The notes: a model not told the origin generated them from the sequence alone. A stretch of DNA of 64,000 nucleotides from Bacteroidales bacterium (GCA_030637515.1 DAOWGM010000155.1:12532-76531); one strand, 5' to 3'; counted from the first letter of the stretch, positions 10,689 to 21,424 are shown. Translations and numbers: made by a program.

Positions 10689-10709
10689 GTGATATCATTT
10701 TGATATCAC
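10689..10709. promoter_or_regulatory. Perfect palindromic operator candidate upstream of the SPFH-Arc operon
   Basis: GTGATATCA-TTT-TGATATCAC, 22 nt upstream of the SPFH start codon. Confidence 0.65.
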
Positions 10710-10749
10710 AATAATATAACTTTTTTAAACACAAGTCAAGTTTTTTCAC

Positions 10750-10782
10750 AAAAAAAAGAGATGATATTTTATATCATCTCTT
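10750..10782 (-). terminator. Intrinsic terminator after the sigma factor/small ORF
   Basis: AAGAGATGATAT-ttt-ATATCATCTCTT stem followed by a U-tract on the - strand. Confidence 0.75.
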
Positions 10783-10804
10783 CTATACCTTATTAAATCT
10801 AATC

Positions 10805-10996
10805 TTAAGAATAGTTTTTAGCAAATTCAATTACATTATCAACTATTCTATCAGGAATCTTTTTAGTGTTTTCTTCAATAAACTTTATTAAATGATCAAA
10901 TTCACTAAAATCATACTTTTCAATATCAGCTATTGATTCATTTATTTCGTTATAACTAAAAAGATTAATCGGAGTAAAAGTTTTTCCCATACGCAT
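10805..10996 (-). CDS. Small hypothetical protein downstream of the ECF sigma factor
   Basis: 63-aa ORF co-oriented with the sigma gene and followed by a terminator. Confidence 0.6.
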   Translation of the reverse strand: MRMGKTFTPINLFSYNEINESIADIEKYDFSEFDHLIKFIEENTKKIPDRIVDNVIEFAKNYS

Positions 10997-11069
10997 AATT
11001 TAATGTTAATTCAATTAAATAACGCATATGGGAATTTCTTTATTATACTTTACCTATACTTTTTTTTAT

Positions 11070-11660
11070 TTAAGTAAGCGTTAAGCTTAAATTTTTCTCC
11101 TCAACTAATTTTCTTAAATTTATTAATGCGTACCTCATCCTTCCCAAAGCAGTATTAATACTAACATTGGTCTGTTCTGATATTTCTTTAAAACTTAATC
11201 CTAAAAAATGACGCAATAATATAACCTCTTTCTGCTCTTCAGGTAAAAAATCAACCAAAACTCTAACATCTGACAAAATCTGTTCTTTTATTATCTCTTC
11301 TTCAATTGTTATATCCGAAAATTTTGAAGAATTAAAAATATCAGTTTCATAATCATCATTAGATAAGGTTTTCATTTGCTTTTCCTTTCTAAAATGATCA
11401 ATTACAAGATTATGTGCAATCCGTATAACCCAGGAAATAAATTTTCCATTCTCCTGATATTTGCCAGCATGCAACGATTTAACAACTTTAATAAATGTTT
11501 CCTGGAAGATATCCTGAGCTAAATGCTCTTTTTTTACCATCAACAAAATATAAGTAAAAACTTTATCTTTGTGACGACTCATCAGGATTTCGAAACCGGT
11601 TTGATCACCATCAATGAACCTTTTTACAAGATCATGATCGGTAAGTTTTGATTTTTTCAA
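11070..11660 (-). CDS. ECF-type RNA polymerase sigma-70 factor
   Basis: Region 2 DIFQETFIK and WVIRIAHNLVIDHFRK; region 4 SFKEISEQTNVSINTALGRMRYA; TTG start. Confidence 0.92.
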   Translation of the reverse strand: MKKSKLTDHDLVKRFIDGDQTGFEILMSRHKDKVFTYILLMVKKEHLAQDIFQETFIKVVKSLHAGKYQENGKFISWVIRIAHNLVIDHFRKEKQMKTLSNDDYETDIFNSSKFSDITIEEEIIKEQILSDVRVLVDFLPEEQKEVILLRHFLGLSFKEISEQTNVSINTALGRMRYALINLRKLVEEKNLSLTLT

Positions 11661-11837
11661 AACACCTCCTTTTTTACATATTAAAAAAAGGTAGAAGTAT
11701 AATCTATAAACAATCCTCCCGGTTTTGGGTTAGTAATTAATTAAACTAATTTTATGCAATGTAAGGAAAATTTCCTTTTATTTCAAAACCATTTAAGTTT
11801 TGTTAACATTCTTTAAGAGTACTATTTTTCAATTTTC

Positions 11838-14633
11838 ATGCCAAACAAAGAACAATATATTCAAATACAAGGAGCAAAAGTTCATAATTTAAAGAACATT
11901 GATCTAAAAATTACCCGCGACAAATTCATAGTTATCACAGGCGTTTCAGGCTCCGGAAAGTCTTCTCTTGCCTTCGATACTATTTACGCCGAAGGTCAAC
12001 GAAGATATGTCGAAAGTCTGTCTTCTTATGCAAGGCAGTTTTTAGGTAAAATAAATAAACCTGATGTTGATTTCATTCGTGGTATTCCACCAGCAATTGC
12101 AATTGAACAAAAAGTGAATACTCGTAATCCACGTTCAACCGTGGGTACATCTACGGAAGTGTACGACTATCTTAAACTTTTGTTTGCAAGAATAGGAATA
12201 ACTTATTCTCCTGTATCAAATAAACCGGTAATAAGACATTCAATTACAGATGTTGTTGATTACATTACCAGTTGTGGAGAAAAATCAAGACTCATAATAC
12301 TTGCTCCAATCGACTTAAAAAAAGAAAAATCCATTAATGAAAATATAATTTCTCTTCAAAATGAGGGTATTACAAGGATTGAACAAAGTAATGAAATTTA
12401 TAAAATTAATGAACTCTTAGAGGATTCTTCTGCAATTAATAAAGAAAAACCAATTAACATAGTCGTTGACAGAATAAGCGTTAAAACTAATGAAGATTCC
12501 TTAAGTAGGTTTGCTGATTCAGTTCAGCTTGCATTTTCAGAAGGAAACGGATACTGTACAATTAAAGATATTGATGGTAAAAAACCTACTGAAACATTTT
12601 CCAATAAATTTGAAGCAGACGGAATTGAATTTGAAGAACCAAATACACATACCTTTAGTTTTAACAATCCGGTTGGAGCTTGCCCAAGATGCGAAGGCTA
12701 TGGTAAAATAATAGGCATTGACGAAGATTTAGTAATTCCAAATAAAGGATTATCCATTTATGAGGAAGCTGTTGCATGTTGGCGTGGAGAAAAAATGCAG
12801 GAATGGAAAAATCGCTTGGTTTACAATGCAGACAAATTTGATTTCCCAATTCACAAACCTTTTCTTGAATTAACTGAAAAACAAAAACAGCTTCTTTGGA
12901 CTGGGAATAAACATTTTTGGGGATTAAATGCCTTTTTTGAGCATCTTGAAGAGCAGAAATACAAAATACAATATCGTGTAATGCTTTCCAGATATCGTGG
13001 TAAAACAACCTGTCCTGATTGCAGAGGAACAAGATTAAAGAAAGAAGCTTCATATGTAAAAGTTAATAGTAAGTCTCTCCAAGATCTAGTCCTAATGCCC
13101 ATTGACGAATTGCAAATATTCTTTTCAGAACTTAAATTAACAAATTATGAAAAGGACGTATCTAAACGTATTTTAATAGAAATAAATAATCGAATTGATT
13201 TCTTATTGAATGTTGGTTTGGGATATCTCACTTTAAATCGTTTATCATCTACCCTTTCAGGTGGAGAATCTCAGCGAATTAATTTAGCAACTTCGCTTGG
13301 GAGCAGTCTTGTTGGTTCGCTTTATATTCTTGACGAACCAAGCATTGGCTTACACTCAAGAGATAATTATCGCTTAATTAAAGTTCTTAAGGAACTGCAA
13401 AATATTGGAAATACTGTTATAGTTGTTGAACATGATGAAGATATTATTAAATCTGCTGATGAAATAATTGATATCGGTCCTTTTGCCGGCAGATTAGGTG
13501 GAGAAATCATTTTTCAGGGAGATTATAATAAAATAATCAAAAGTAAAGAAAGCTTAACTGCTAAATATCTTACAGGTGAAGAATCTATAAATGTACCATC
13601 GCAAAGGCGAAAATGGAATAATTTTATTGAGATCACCGGTGCAAGCGAAAACAATTTAAAGAATATAAACGTAAAGTTTCCTTTAAATATAATGACCGTT
13701 ATTACAGGTGTTAGTGGATCAGGTAAATCATCGCTTGTAAGAAATATTTTAGCACCAGCTCTTAGTAAAATAATAATGGGGACAGGTGAAAAAACAGGAA
13801 AATTCGATAAAATTAACGGTGATATTCAGAAGCTTAACAGTATTGAATTCGTTGATCAGAATCCAATTGGAAAATCGTCTAGATCGAACCCAGTAACTTA
13901 TTTAAAAGCATATGATGAAATAAGAAAGTTGTATGCTAGTCAACAATTATCTAAAATAAACAATTATAAAGCCTCTCATTATTCATTTAATATTGATGGT
14001 GGTCGTTGTGAAGAATGTCAGGGAGAAGGTGTAATAAAGGTCGAAATGCAATTTATGGCTGATGTTGTTCTTATTTGTGATCATTGTCAGGGAAAACGAT
14101 TTAAAGAGGAAATTTTAGAAGTAAAATACCGTGAAAAGAGCATTTTCGATATATTGGAAATGACCGTAAATGAAGCCATTGAATTTTTCAAAGAAGGATC
14201 TGGCTCCACTGAGAGAAAAATTGTTGATAAACTTTCTCCTCTTGCCGAAGTCGGATTAGGTTATATTAAATTAGGACAATCATCAAGTACATTAAGTGGT
14301 GGCGAAAGTCAACGTGTAAAACTAGCATCGTTTCTTAGCAAGGAAAACTCAAAGCAGAAAACATTATTTATATTCGACGAACCTACTACAGGGCTTCATT
14401 TTCATGATATAAAGAAGCTGCTTGAGGCTTTTAATGCATTAATTTCAAGAGGGAATTCAGTTCTTATTATAGAGCATAATCTCGAAATTGTAAAATCTGC
14501 TGACTGGATTATTGATTTGGGTCCAGAAGGTGGAAAAAATGGAGGAAAAATTATTTTCGAAGGAGTTCCTGAGGAATTAATCAATTGCAAAGAATCTTAT
14601 ACCGGCAAATTTTTAAAAGAGAAGCTTCATTAA
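11838..14633 (+). CDS. uvrA: Excinuclease ABC subunit A
   Basis: Two Walker A motifs (GVSGSGKSS), two LSGGESQR signatures and CxxC zinc motifs. Confidence 0.95.
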   Translation: MPNKEQYIQIQGAKVHNLKNIDLKITRDKFIVITGVSGSGKSSLAFDTIYAEGQRRYVESLSSYARQFLGKINKPDVDFIRGIPPAIAIEQKVNTRNPRSTVGTSTEVYDYLKLLFARIGITYSPVSNKPVIRHSITDVVDYITSCGEKSRLIILAPIDLKKEKSINENIISLQNEGITRIEQSNEIYKINELLEDSSAINKEKPINIVVDRISVKTNEDSLSRFADSVQLAFSEGNGYCTIKDIDGKKPTETFSNKFEADGIEFEEPNTHTFSFNNPVGACPRCEGYGKIIGIDEDLVIPNKGLSIYEEAVACWRGEKMQEWKNRLVYNADKFDFPIHKPFLELTEKQKQLLWTGNKHFWGLNAFFEHLEEQKYKIQYRVMLSRYRGKTTCPDCRGTRLKKEASYVKVNSKSLQDLVLMPIDELQIFFSELKLTNYEKDVSKRILIEINNRIDFLLNVGLGYLTLNRLSSTLSGGESQRINLATSLGSSLVGSLYILDEPSIGLHSRDNYRLIKVLKELQNIGNTVIVVEHDEDIIKSADEIIDIGPFAGRLGGEIIFQGDYNKIIKSKESLTAKYLTGEESINVPSQRRKWNNFIEITGASENNLKNINVKFPLNIMTVITGVSGSGKSSLVRNILAPALSKIIMGTGEKTGKFDKINGDIQKLNSIEFVDQNPIGKSSRSNPVTYLKAYDEIRKLYASQQLSKINNYKASHYSFNIDGGRCEECQGEGVIKVEMQFMADVVLICDHCQGKRFKEEILEVKYREKSIFDILEMTVNEAIEFFKEGSGSTERKIVDKLSPLAEVGLGYIKLGQSSSTLSGGESQRVKLASFLSKENSKQKTLFIFDEPTTGLHFHDIKKLLEAFNALISRGNSVLIIEHNLEIVKSADWIIDLGPEGGKNGGKIIFEGVPEELINCKESYTGKFLKEKLH

Positions 14634-14643
14634 TAGAAAAAAC

Positions 14644-14670
14644 AAAAGCCTGTAAAATTTACAGGCTTTT
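14644..14670. terminator. Bidirectional intrinsic terminator
   Basis: AAAAGCCTGTAA-aat-TTACAGGCTTTT between convergent genes. Confidence 0.8.
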
Positions 14671-14689
14671 CATATATTAATTATTTAAA

Positions 14690-15136
14690 CTAATCTGTTT
14701 CATCCTTAATACCAAACATAATTGCCACACAACCACTTATTAATTCATCTGTTTCTTCTATACTATTCTTTACCCTTAATGAAATAATAAGTTGCTGGCT
14801 CGATTGCAGTTTAAAATCCCACAATCTTGAATAATCATTCTTTCTATTATCATATAAAACATTTCTGTTTACGTCTAATACCTGAAATTCAATGTCAGGC
14901 AAAGCATCAGAACCGCAAATATATATTCTATAATTTTGACCGGCATAAAATGTTTTATACAACTCAGCATCCTCGCCTTCAGTTAATACGGCTGCATTAA
15001 AATTACCATCATGTATATATGGTGTTAATTCTAACTTACAAACCTTTTTAGCAAAACTTTTACACTGAGCATTACCGTAAAAAGGTATTAAAGCCAATAT
15101 TGTCAATATAATTAATGTCTGGTATATTCTTTTCAT
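14690..15136 (-). CDS. Secreted hypothetical protein
   Basis: Signal peptide; four Cys; co-oriented with the adjacent lipoprotein gene. Confidence 0.75.
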   Translation of the reverse strand: MKRIYQTLIILTILALIPFYGNAQCKSFAKKVCKLELTPYIHDGNFNAAVLTEGEDAELYKTFYAGQNYRIYICGSDALPDIEFQVLDVNRNVLYDNRKNDYSRLWDFKLQSSQQLIISLRVKNSIEETDELISGCVAIMFGIKDETD

Positions 15137-15150
15137 AACAGAGGATATTT

Positions 15151-16083
15151 TTATAATATATAATTACTTCGGATTACCTTAACTTTTTCTTTAAGCTCAT
15201 TATATGTAGCCGTACTCATAGAAATTGTTGTCTGTGATTTTAGCGTTGTTACGTTTGTTTCTTCATCAGTAACAGGTTCTATTTTTGATGATGTAATTTC
15301 TATCTTATCAAAAATTTTCTTTAGTTCATTCACATTAACCATTACCATTTGTACGTCTTCATTATCTGAATTTTCGTTTAACAAACTTATTACGGTACTC
15401 AAAGTAAGTTTTTGATCGATAATACGATTTACCAATTCATTATTATTAAAATCGGCGTCGGGTTCTACTAAATTAGTCGCAATATATAAACCTTCAATCC
15501 AACCACCAACTAAAACAATGGTAGACAATGCCTGTCTGTCATTCTCTTCAAAGAACGAACTGGAGTTCATAATGGTTTCCGAAATAATATCCATTATTTC
15601 ATCACGGTTATTAATATTCGCTTCTAATCTTTCAATAATGTCTTCATCAATAGCATTCAAAATTCCTAAGCCTTCTGCCATTTTCTTAGAAGCATTCATA
15701 TAATTAATGGTAGCCTGTGTCTGATCAAATAAACTTGCATAACTAAGGTCTGTGGTATAAATTCCTAAATTTAAAGCCATACTTTTATTAGTAACATACC
15801 TTGAAGTATTATCGGTCGGATTTAATAATTCTTCGTTATATTTTGCACCTGCCTGCTTTAATATCATTGCAGTTTCGAGAGGCGAAGGCAATGAATAAAA
15901 AATTTCCTTAACGGCTTTAACATCCTGAATTAATTGCTCATCAATTTCCAAAGAATCAATTGTTATCAGGTCGTCAGAATCCGTGCTTTTATCTTTATCA
16001 GAAGAACATCCGGCGATTAAACCAAATACGATCAAAAGTGCTAAAAAAGATAAAGTCTTACGATGTAATAATTTAATATTCAT
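15151..16083 (-). CDS. Hypothetical lipoprotein (helical)
   Basis: Lipobox LIAGC; LPSPLE and ALNLGIYxxDLSY motifs. Confidence 0.8.
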   Translation of the reverse strand: MNIKLLHRKTLSFLALLIVFGLIAGCSSDKDKSTDSDDLITIDSLEIDEQLIQDVKAVKEIFYSLPSPLETAMILKQAGAKYNEELLNPTDNTSRYVTNKSMALNLGIYTTDLSYASLFDQTQATINYMNASKKMAEGLGILNAIDEDIIERLEANINNRDEIMDIISETIMNSSSFFEENDRQALSTIVLVGGWIEGLYIATNLVEPDADFNNNELVNRIIDQKLTLSTVISLLNENSDNEDVQMVMVNVNELKKIFDKIEITSSKIEPVTDEETNVTTLKSQTTISMSTATYNELKEKVKVIRSNYIL

Positions 16084-16352
16084 AATTAGCTATCAGTTTA
16101 TTGTTACCTATTTTAAAACAATATGTAGTAAAATTAACACTTTTTTTTAAAAAACAAAATATCTATTTTACGCTAACACCTGAAAATACAAGTTTTTTTA
16201 CGTTCAGCTAATAAATATTGTTCGAAAAAAAAGAGCTTATTTTTGATGTAATATAGGAAATATTAAGATGATTAACCAATTAATAGAGAGAATTGTTCTA
16301 ATTTTGTTCTGTGTAAATTGAGTTTATTTTAAGAATATCAGAACTTCAAATC

Positions 16353-16868
16353 ATGAGTAGCAAGGAAATTATTAAAAATCTAAAATCTGGGAACAATGTT
16401 CTTCAGATGGAAACACTACAATACATAACAAAAGAAGGTAATAAAGATATTTTACCCGAAGTAATTAGTTTATTAAACATTACTGACGAGACTGAAATAC
16501 GAGATGAAATAATAAAAATTTTAGAAAACCTAAAAGGACAGGAATGTGCTTTGGATATAGTAAACGCAATTGGAAATAAAGATTACAAAAAAATATTGCC
16601 TATTTTGGTTTCTGTATCTTGGAAAAACGGCTTAAACTATAGTAATCATTTAGAAATCTTTACGGACGTTTTTATTCAATCCGATTTTCAACTTTCATTC
16701 GATGCTTTCACAGTTATTGATACTATTGAAACAATTGATCAGGCAGTAGCAGATAAATGCTTACTGCGACTGGAAAACGCTGTTGAAGATATTAAAGAAG
16801 ATAAAAGACCTTTATATTTCGAGTTAATTAATATAATAGATGATAAAAAGGAAAATCCCGCTGAATAG
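16353..16868 (+). CDS. HEAT-repeat-like hypothetical protein
   Basis: Amphipathic helical repeats, 171 aa. Confidence 0.7.
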   Translation: MSSKEIIKNLKSGNNVLQMETLQYITKEGNKDILPEVISLLNITDETEIRDEIIKILENLKGQECALDIVNAIGNKDYKKILPILVSVSWKNGLNYSNHLEIFTDVFIQSDFQLSFDAFTVIDTIETIDQAVADKCLLRLENAVEDIKEDKRPLYFELINIIDDKKENPAE

Positions 16869-16880
16869 CGGGATTTTTTT
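16852..16880. terminator. Bidirectional terminator overlapping the stop codons of convergent genes
   Basis: AAAATCCCGCT-gaat-AGCGGGATTTT. Confidence 0.75.
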
Positions 16881-17847
16881 ATTGTATACTCGAGAAGTAT
16901 TTCATAAACTGAGATCTCTCGTAAACCAAAGGATCTTCAATTTTATCGTAACTCATCTTACCTTTAAATTCGTTGATATTATTAAAACCTTTCTTACTCA
17001 TCCACTCTTCCACTTCTTTAATAATATTTTCAAGATGATCGATACCATTTTTATATAAGGTAGAACAAACCTGAACTGCACTTGCACCTGCTAAAATTTG
17101 TTTAACCACTGCTTTACCATCATGCACACCTGTTGAAGCTGCAATATCTAAATCAGATATTTTTGACGACATAATACCTACCCAACGTAGAGAGGTTCTT
17201 ATATCTGCTGGCGTACTAAATACATCAGATGAAGTAAATTTCATTTCATCAATATCAATATCTGGGGCGTAAAAACGATTGAATAATACAACACCAGGAA
17301 CATTCAATTTTTGAACAAATCCAACTAAATTTGAAAAGTGAGATCCTAATTTAAATGCAAATGGAATTTTTAATGTATTTTTTAACTTTTCTGCTAAGTC
17401 GAAATAAACATTTTCATATTTCTCTGCAGGAGCATTTTTATCGTTAGGTAGTACAAAAACATTAACTTCTAAAGCATCAGCACCAGCTTCTTCTATACTT
17501 TTAGCAAAACCGGTCCATTCTTTTGATGAAACACAATTTATACTGGCAATAACAGGAATTTTCACTTCTTCTTTTGCTTTTTTAATCAAATCAAGATATT
17601 CCTGAAGAGTATTGTTTTTAACATAATAATTCACATAATCCAATGCTTCAGGAGAATCTGATCCATTTGCCATTTTACCTGCTTCGTACTTTATTTGCTC
17701 TTCGAAAATTGATTTTAAAACAATTGCTCCAGCACCAGCTTTTTCAATCTTTTTAATCTTTTCAATTGAACTGGTAAGACCTGAACTTCCTACTATTACA
17801 GGATTTTTAAGTTTTAATCCTAAATAAGTGGTTTCTAATTGACTCAT
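16879..17847 (-). CDS. Dihydroorotate dehydrogenase-like flavoprotein
   Basis: YLGLKLKNPV, VLKSIFEEQI, VLFNRFY and FERxQ-like C-terminus (YERSQFMK). Confidence 0.85.
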   Translation of the reverse strand: MSQLETTYLGLKLKNPVIVGSSGLTSSIEKIKKIEKAGAGAIVLKSIFEEQIKYEAGKMANGSDSPEALDYVNYYVKNNTLQEYLDLIKKAKEEVKIPVIASINCVSSKEWTGFAKSIEEAGADALEVNVFVLPNDKNAPAEKYENVYFDLAEKLKNTLKIPFAFKLGSHFSNLVGFVQKLNVPGVVLFNRFYAPDIDIDEMKFTSSDVFSTPADIRTSLRWVGIMSSKISDLDIAASTGVHDGKAVVKQILAGASAVQVCSTLYKNGIDHLENIIKEVEEWMSKKGFNNINEFKGKMSYDKIEDPLVYERSQFMKYFSSIQ

Positions 17848-17869
17848 AATTAATATTTATTAATATTAT

Positions 17870-18544
17870 CTACTTATTATAATTTCGTGCTCCAAACAGC
17901 AAACTACCAATACGAACCATAGTAGCTCCTTCTTCAATCGCTATTTTATAATCACCTGACATTCCCATGGAAATTTCCTTAAAATCACTATCAGTTAAAT
18001 ATGATTGTTTTAATTCATTAAAGATATGAACTAATTCCTTAAATTCAGAACGAATTGCATCTTCATTTTCGGTATAAGTTGCCATTCCCATTACGCCACA
18101 AAGATTCACGTTTTTAAGACTTTGGAAATCTTCTGATTTAATGAATTCAATTGCTTCGTTTAGATCCAATCCAAATTTGGTTTCTTCCGTTGCAATATGA
18201 AATTGTAAAAGACAATTTATTTTTCGATTACTCTTCTCTCCTTCTTTGTTTATTACTTTCAATAGTTTGAAGCTATCAACACCATGAATTAGTGAAACAA
18301 AAGGTGCAATATATTTTACTTTATTTGTTTGCATATGCCCAATCATATGCCATTCAATATCTTTTGGTAAAGCTTCGTGTTTCCCAGCTAATTCCTGAGC
18401 TTTATTCTCACCATAAATTCTGTGTCCTGATTGATATGCTTCTTCTATTAGCTCAATTGGCTTGGTTTTAGAAACAGCAATCAATTTCACATTTGATGGA
18501 ATCTCAGTGGAAAGGAAATGTTTAATGTTTTCAGAAACGCCCAT
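17870..18544 (-). CDS. yggS: PLP homeostasis protein, YggS/PLPBP family
   Basis: AVSKT, GENKAQE, WHMIG and SMGMSGD motifs. Confidence 0.93.
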   Translation of the reverse strand: MGVSENIKHFLSTEIPSNVKLIAVSKTKPIELIEEAYQSGHRIYGENKAQELAGKHEALPKDIEWHMIGHMQTNKVKYIAPFVSLIHGVDSFKLLKVINKEGEKSNRKINCLLQFHIATEETKFGLDLNEAIEFIKSEDFQSLKNVNLCGVMGMATYTENEDAIRSEFKELVHIFNELKQSYLTDSDFKEISMGMSGDYKIAIEEGATMVRIGSLLFGARNYNK

Positions 18545-18581
18545 TAAGACTGCTTTTTAATTGTGTAATTTATTGTGAATT

Positions 18582-18589
18582 CAAATGTA
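18582..18589 (-). promoter_or_regulatory. Candidate -7 element for yggS
   Basis: TACATTTG on the - strand, 37 nt upstream of the start. Confidence 0.45.
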
Positions 18590-18711
18590 ATAAAAAAGTT
18601 CTTTCTTAAAAAAGATAACAATCAGGTTTAATAAAAGTTTATAAAAAAATAGGAAAATCTTTTATCAATTTCCCTATTCTAATAATAAAAATGATACTTT
18701 CTATTTCATCA

Positions 18712-19959
18712 TTATATTTTATGTATTACTAAACCACTTCTTAACTTAGGCTCAAACCATGTTGTTTTTGGTGGCATAATATTACCTGTATCAGCAATAT
18801 CAATTAATTGTTGTAATGAGCAAGCATATAAAGCAAAAGCAACTTTCATACTTCCATTATCAACACGTTTTGATAATTCGCCTAATCCACGAATTCCACC
18901 TACGAAATCAATACGATTTGATGTTCTTAAATCTTTAATATCAAATATTGGCTCTAAAACTTGCTTTGATAAAATTGTTACATCTAAAACTCCGATAGGA
19001 TCTTTATCATCGTATGTTCCTTCTTTAGCAGTCATTTTATACCAATCACCAGCTAAGTACATACTAAACTCATGAAGTTTAGCAGGCTTGTAAATCTCTT
19101 TACCAATTTTTTCAATTTCGAAAGAAGCTGATAATTTTTCAACTACTTCTTCTTCTGATAATCCATTTAAATCTTTTACAACACGATTGTAATCAATAAT
19201 TTTTAGTTGATTATCAGGAAAATGAACTGCCATAAAGAAGTTATATTCTTCGTTGCCTGTATGATTTGGGTTTTGATCTTCTTTTTCAATTCCAATACGA
19301 GCAGCAGCTGCTGTTCTATGATGACCATCAGCTACATAAGTGTAAGGAACTTTTGTATTGAAAAGCTCTTCTAATGTATTATTTACATCAGTATCGTTAA
19401 CTGCCCAAAAATGATGACCGAAACCATCTTCAGCAACGAAATCGTAATCTGCTTCCTGAGCTTTTACAATATTCTCAACAATAGCGTCAATTTCTGGAAC
19501 TGCTTTATATGAAAAGAAAACAGGTTCTATATTTGCGTTTGTATAACGGGTTAATATCATTCTATCATCTTCCTTTTCAGGACGAGTTAACTCATGTTTC
19601 TTGATAATTCCGTTATGATAATCTGCACAAGCAGCAGCACCAACAATACCGTATTGTGTACGTCCGTCCATTGTTTGAGCGTAAATGTAAAATTTAGCTT
19701 CATCATCTTGAACTAACCATCCTTTATCCTGGAACATATTTAAGTTCTCAACAGCTTTGTTATAAACTGTTTCAGAATGAATATCTGTTCCTGCAGGACA
19801 ATCTATTTCTGCTTTTGTAATATGTAATAAAGAACAATCCTTTCCTTGTGCCATAACAGCAGCTTCTTCACTATTCATTACATCATAAGGCAAACATGCT
19901 AAATCTTTTGATATTGCCTTTGGAGGTCTTAATCCCTTAAATGGTTTTATTATTGCCAT
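18712..19959 (-). CDS. DUF1015 family protein
   Basis: PYDV, KKHELT, ADGHHR and MPPKTTWFEPKLRSG motifs; usual partner of serC/serA. Confidence 0.92.
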   Translation of the reverse strand: MAIIKPFKGLRPPKAISKDLACLPYDVMNSEEAAVMAQGKDCSLLHITKAEIDCPAGTDIHSETVYNKAVENLNMFQDKGWLVQDDEAKFYIYAQTMDGRTQYGIVGAAACADYHNGIIKKHELTRPEKEDDRMILTRYTNANIEPVFFSYKAVPEIDAIVENIVKAQEADYDFVAEDGFGHHFWAVNDTDVNNTLEELFNTKVPYTYVADGHHRTAAAARIGIEKEDQNPNHTGNEEYNFFMAVHFPDNQLKIIDYNRVVKDLNGLSEEEVVEKLSASFEIEKIGKEIYKPAKLHEFSMYLAGDWYKMTAKEGTYDDKDPIGVLDVTILSKQVLEPIFDIKDLRTSNRIDFVGGIRGLGELSKRVDNGSMKVAFALYACSLQQLIDIADTGNIMPPKTTWFEPKLRSGLVIHKI

Positions 19960-19965
19960 CTTTTT

Positions 19966-20063
19966 ATAGTTTATAGTTAAAAGTTTAATGTTAAAAGTTT
20001 CTGCTCTTATTACTTGATCACAATTTTAAAACTCGCGACCTTGAACCTGAAACTTTGAACTCG
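19966..20063. repeat. Inverted pair of heptamer arrays with a short spacer ('empty' element)
   Basis: mRNA strand: CGAGTTC AAAGTTT CAGGTTC AAGGTCG CGAGTTT, then about 28 nt, then AAACTTT TAACATT AAACTTT TAACTAT AAACTAT. Confidence 0.75.
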
Positions 20064-20065
20064 TT

Positions 20066-20989
20066 TTATTTATTTACTTTAAAAGTTATATTTCCGTTTT
20101 CAATGAAATCAATAATTTGATTTGCACCTGCAACACCTGCATTAATATTTGCTTCAGCTGTTTGTGCACCCATTTTCTTTGGTGTAAAGAAATATCTTCC
20201 TTCATATTTCTCAATAATTTCTTCTTTACATTCAGGAGTTAAATCAGAAACGTATTTAAAATCTTCTCTTTCAGCAAAAACCTTTAATAATCCTTCTTCG
20301 TTAATTACTTCTTTTCGAGCAGTATTTACCAATGTACCATTCTTTGGCAATTTGTTCAACAAATCAAATCCAACTGATTTTTTTGTTTTATCATTAGCAG
20401 GAATATGTAAAGAAATATACTGACATGTTGAATATAATTCTCCAACAGAATCAAGCAGAACCACTCCATCTTTATTAACCAAATCCTTATCAGTATATGG
20501 ATCATAAGCATAGACATCCATTCCAAATCCTTTAGCTATATGAGCAACAAATCTTCCAACATTTCCATAAGCATGAATACCTAGTTTTTTTCCACGTAAT
20601 TCAGTGCCAGCTTTACCATTATAGTTTCCACGAGCAATGCTAATCATCATCCCAATAGCAAGTTCTGCCACTGCATTTGAATTTTGACCTGGAGTGTTCA
20701 TTGCTACAACATTTCCTGCTGTACAAGCTTCCAAATCAAGATTGTCGTATCCTGCACCTGCGCGAACAACAATCTTTAAATTCTTAGCAGCATCAATAAC
20801 TTCCTTAGTTACTTTATCGGAACGTACTATCATTCCATCAACGTTCTCTACTGCTTTTAATAACTCTGATGTTTCTGTATATTTTTCTAATAAAACCAAT
20901 TCGTAATTCGCCTTATTTAAAACTTCTTTTATTTGAGCTACTGCTGCTGGAGCAAATGGCTTTTCAGTTGCAACAAGTACTTTTTTCAT
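20066..20989 (-). CDS. serA: D-3-phosphoglycerate dehydrogenase (short form, no ACT domain)
   Basis: RAGAGYDN, NTPGQN, AYGNVG and NTAR motifs; context next to serC. Confidence 0.82.
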   Translation of the reverse strand: MKKVLVATEKPFAPAAVAQIKEVLNKANYELVLLEKYTETSELLKAVENVDGMIVRSDKVTKEVIDAAKNLKIVVRAGAGYDNLDLEACTAGNVVAMNTPGQNSNAVAELAIGMMISIARGNYNGKAGTELRGKKLGIHAYGNVGRFVAHIAKGFGMDVYAYDPYTDKDLVNKDGVVLLDSVGELYSTCQYISLHIPANDKTKKSVGFDLLNKLPKNGTLVNTARKEVINEEGLLKVFAEREDFKYVSDLTPECKEEIIEKYEGRYFFTPKKMGAQTAEANINAGVAGANQIIDFIENGNITFKVNK

Positions 20990-20996
20990 AATATAA

Positions 20997-21048
20997 ATAG
21001 TTTAAAGTTAATGGTTAATAGTTTAAAGTTATTTCCGGGTTAAAAAGT
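20997..21048. repeat. Heptamer array, downstream arm of the four-helix-bundle gene
   Basis: + strand: ATAGTTT AAAGTTA ATGGTTA ATAGTTT AAAGTTA. Confidence 0.75.
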
Positions 21049-21423
21049 TCAATTATTAATATGATTCTCAAGATACTTTATTAATGATGAAATCATTTTT
21101 GCAAGTTCAGTGCATTTAGTTTTTAAATTAATAGATAAATCATCTTCAATAAATTTCAAACGATCTAATAAAAACACCATACTTCTTAATTCACCTAACG
21201 AACCTTTTGCAATAAAAAGAAATCTTACAAATTGTTTGTTACTTCCATATTCAAATCCTTCGGCAATATTGTTAGAAACTGAAACTGCAGCTCTTTTTAT
21301 TTGATCGCATAAAGAATAATCCTTTGAAAGAGGTTCTTTTTTTACAAGTGAATAAAAGTCAATTGCAAGGTCTATAGATTTTTGCCAAATCTCAAGTTCT
21401 TCAAAACTTTTTGCTTTTGCCAT
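21049..21423 (-). CDS. Four helix bundle protein (23S rRNA IVP / TIGR02436-like family)
   Basis: FEELEIWQKS, DQIKRAAVSVSNNIAEG and FLFIAKGSLGE motifs. Confidence 0.92.
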   Translation of the reverse strand: MAKAKSFEELEIWQKSIDLAIDFYSLVKKEPLSKDYSLCDQIKRAAVSVSNNIAEGFEYGSNKQFVRFLFIAKGSLGELRSMVFLLDRLKFIEDDLSINLKTKCTELAKMISSLIKYLENHINN

Positions 21424-21424
21424 C

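Noticed and set aside
11838-14633. UvrA as a resistance (DrrC-like) gene for the cluster
   Set aside because: It is more than 20 kb away in a housekeeping context, and this UvrA type is common in Bacteroidota.
21049-21423. Diversity-generating retroelement (the four-helix-bundle protein resembles Avd)
   Set aside because: No reverse transcriptase and no TR/VR repeat pair are seen in the window.
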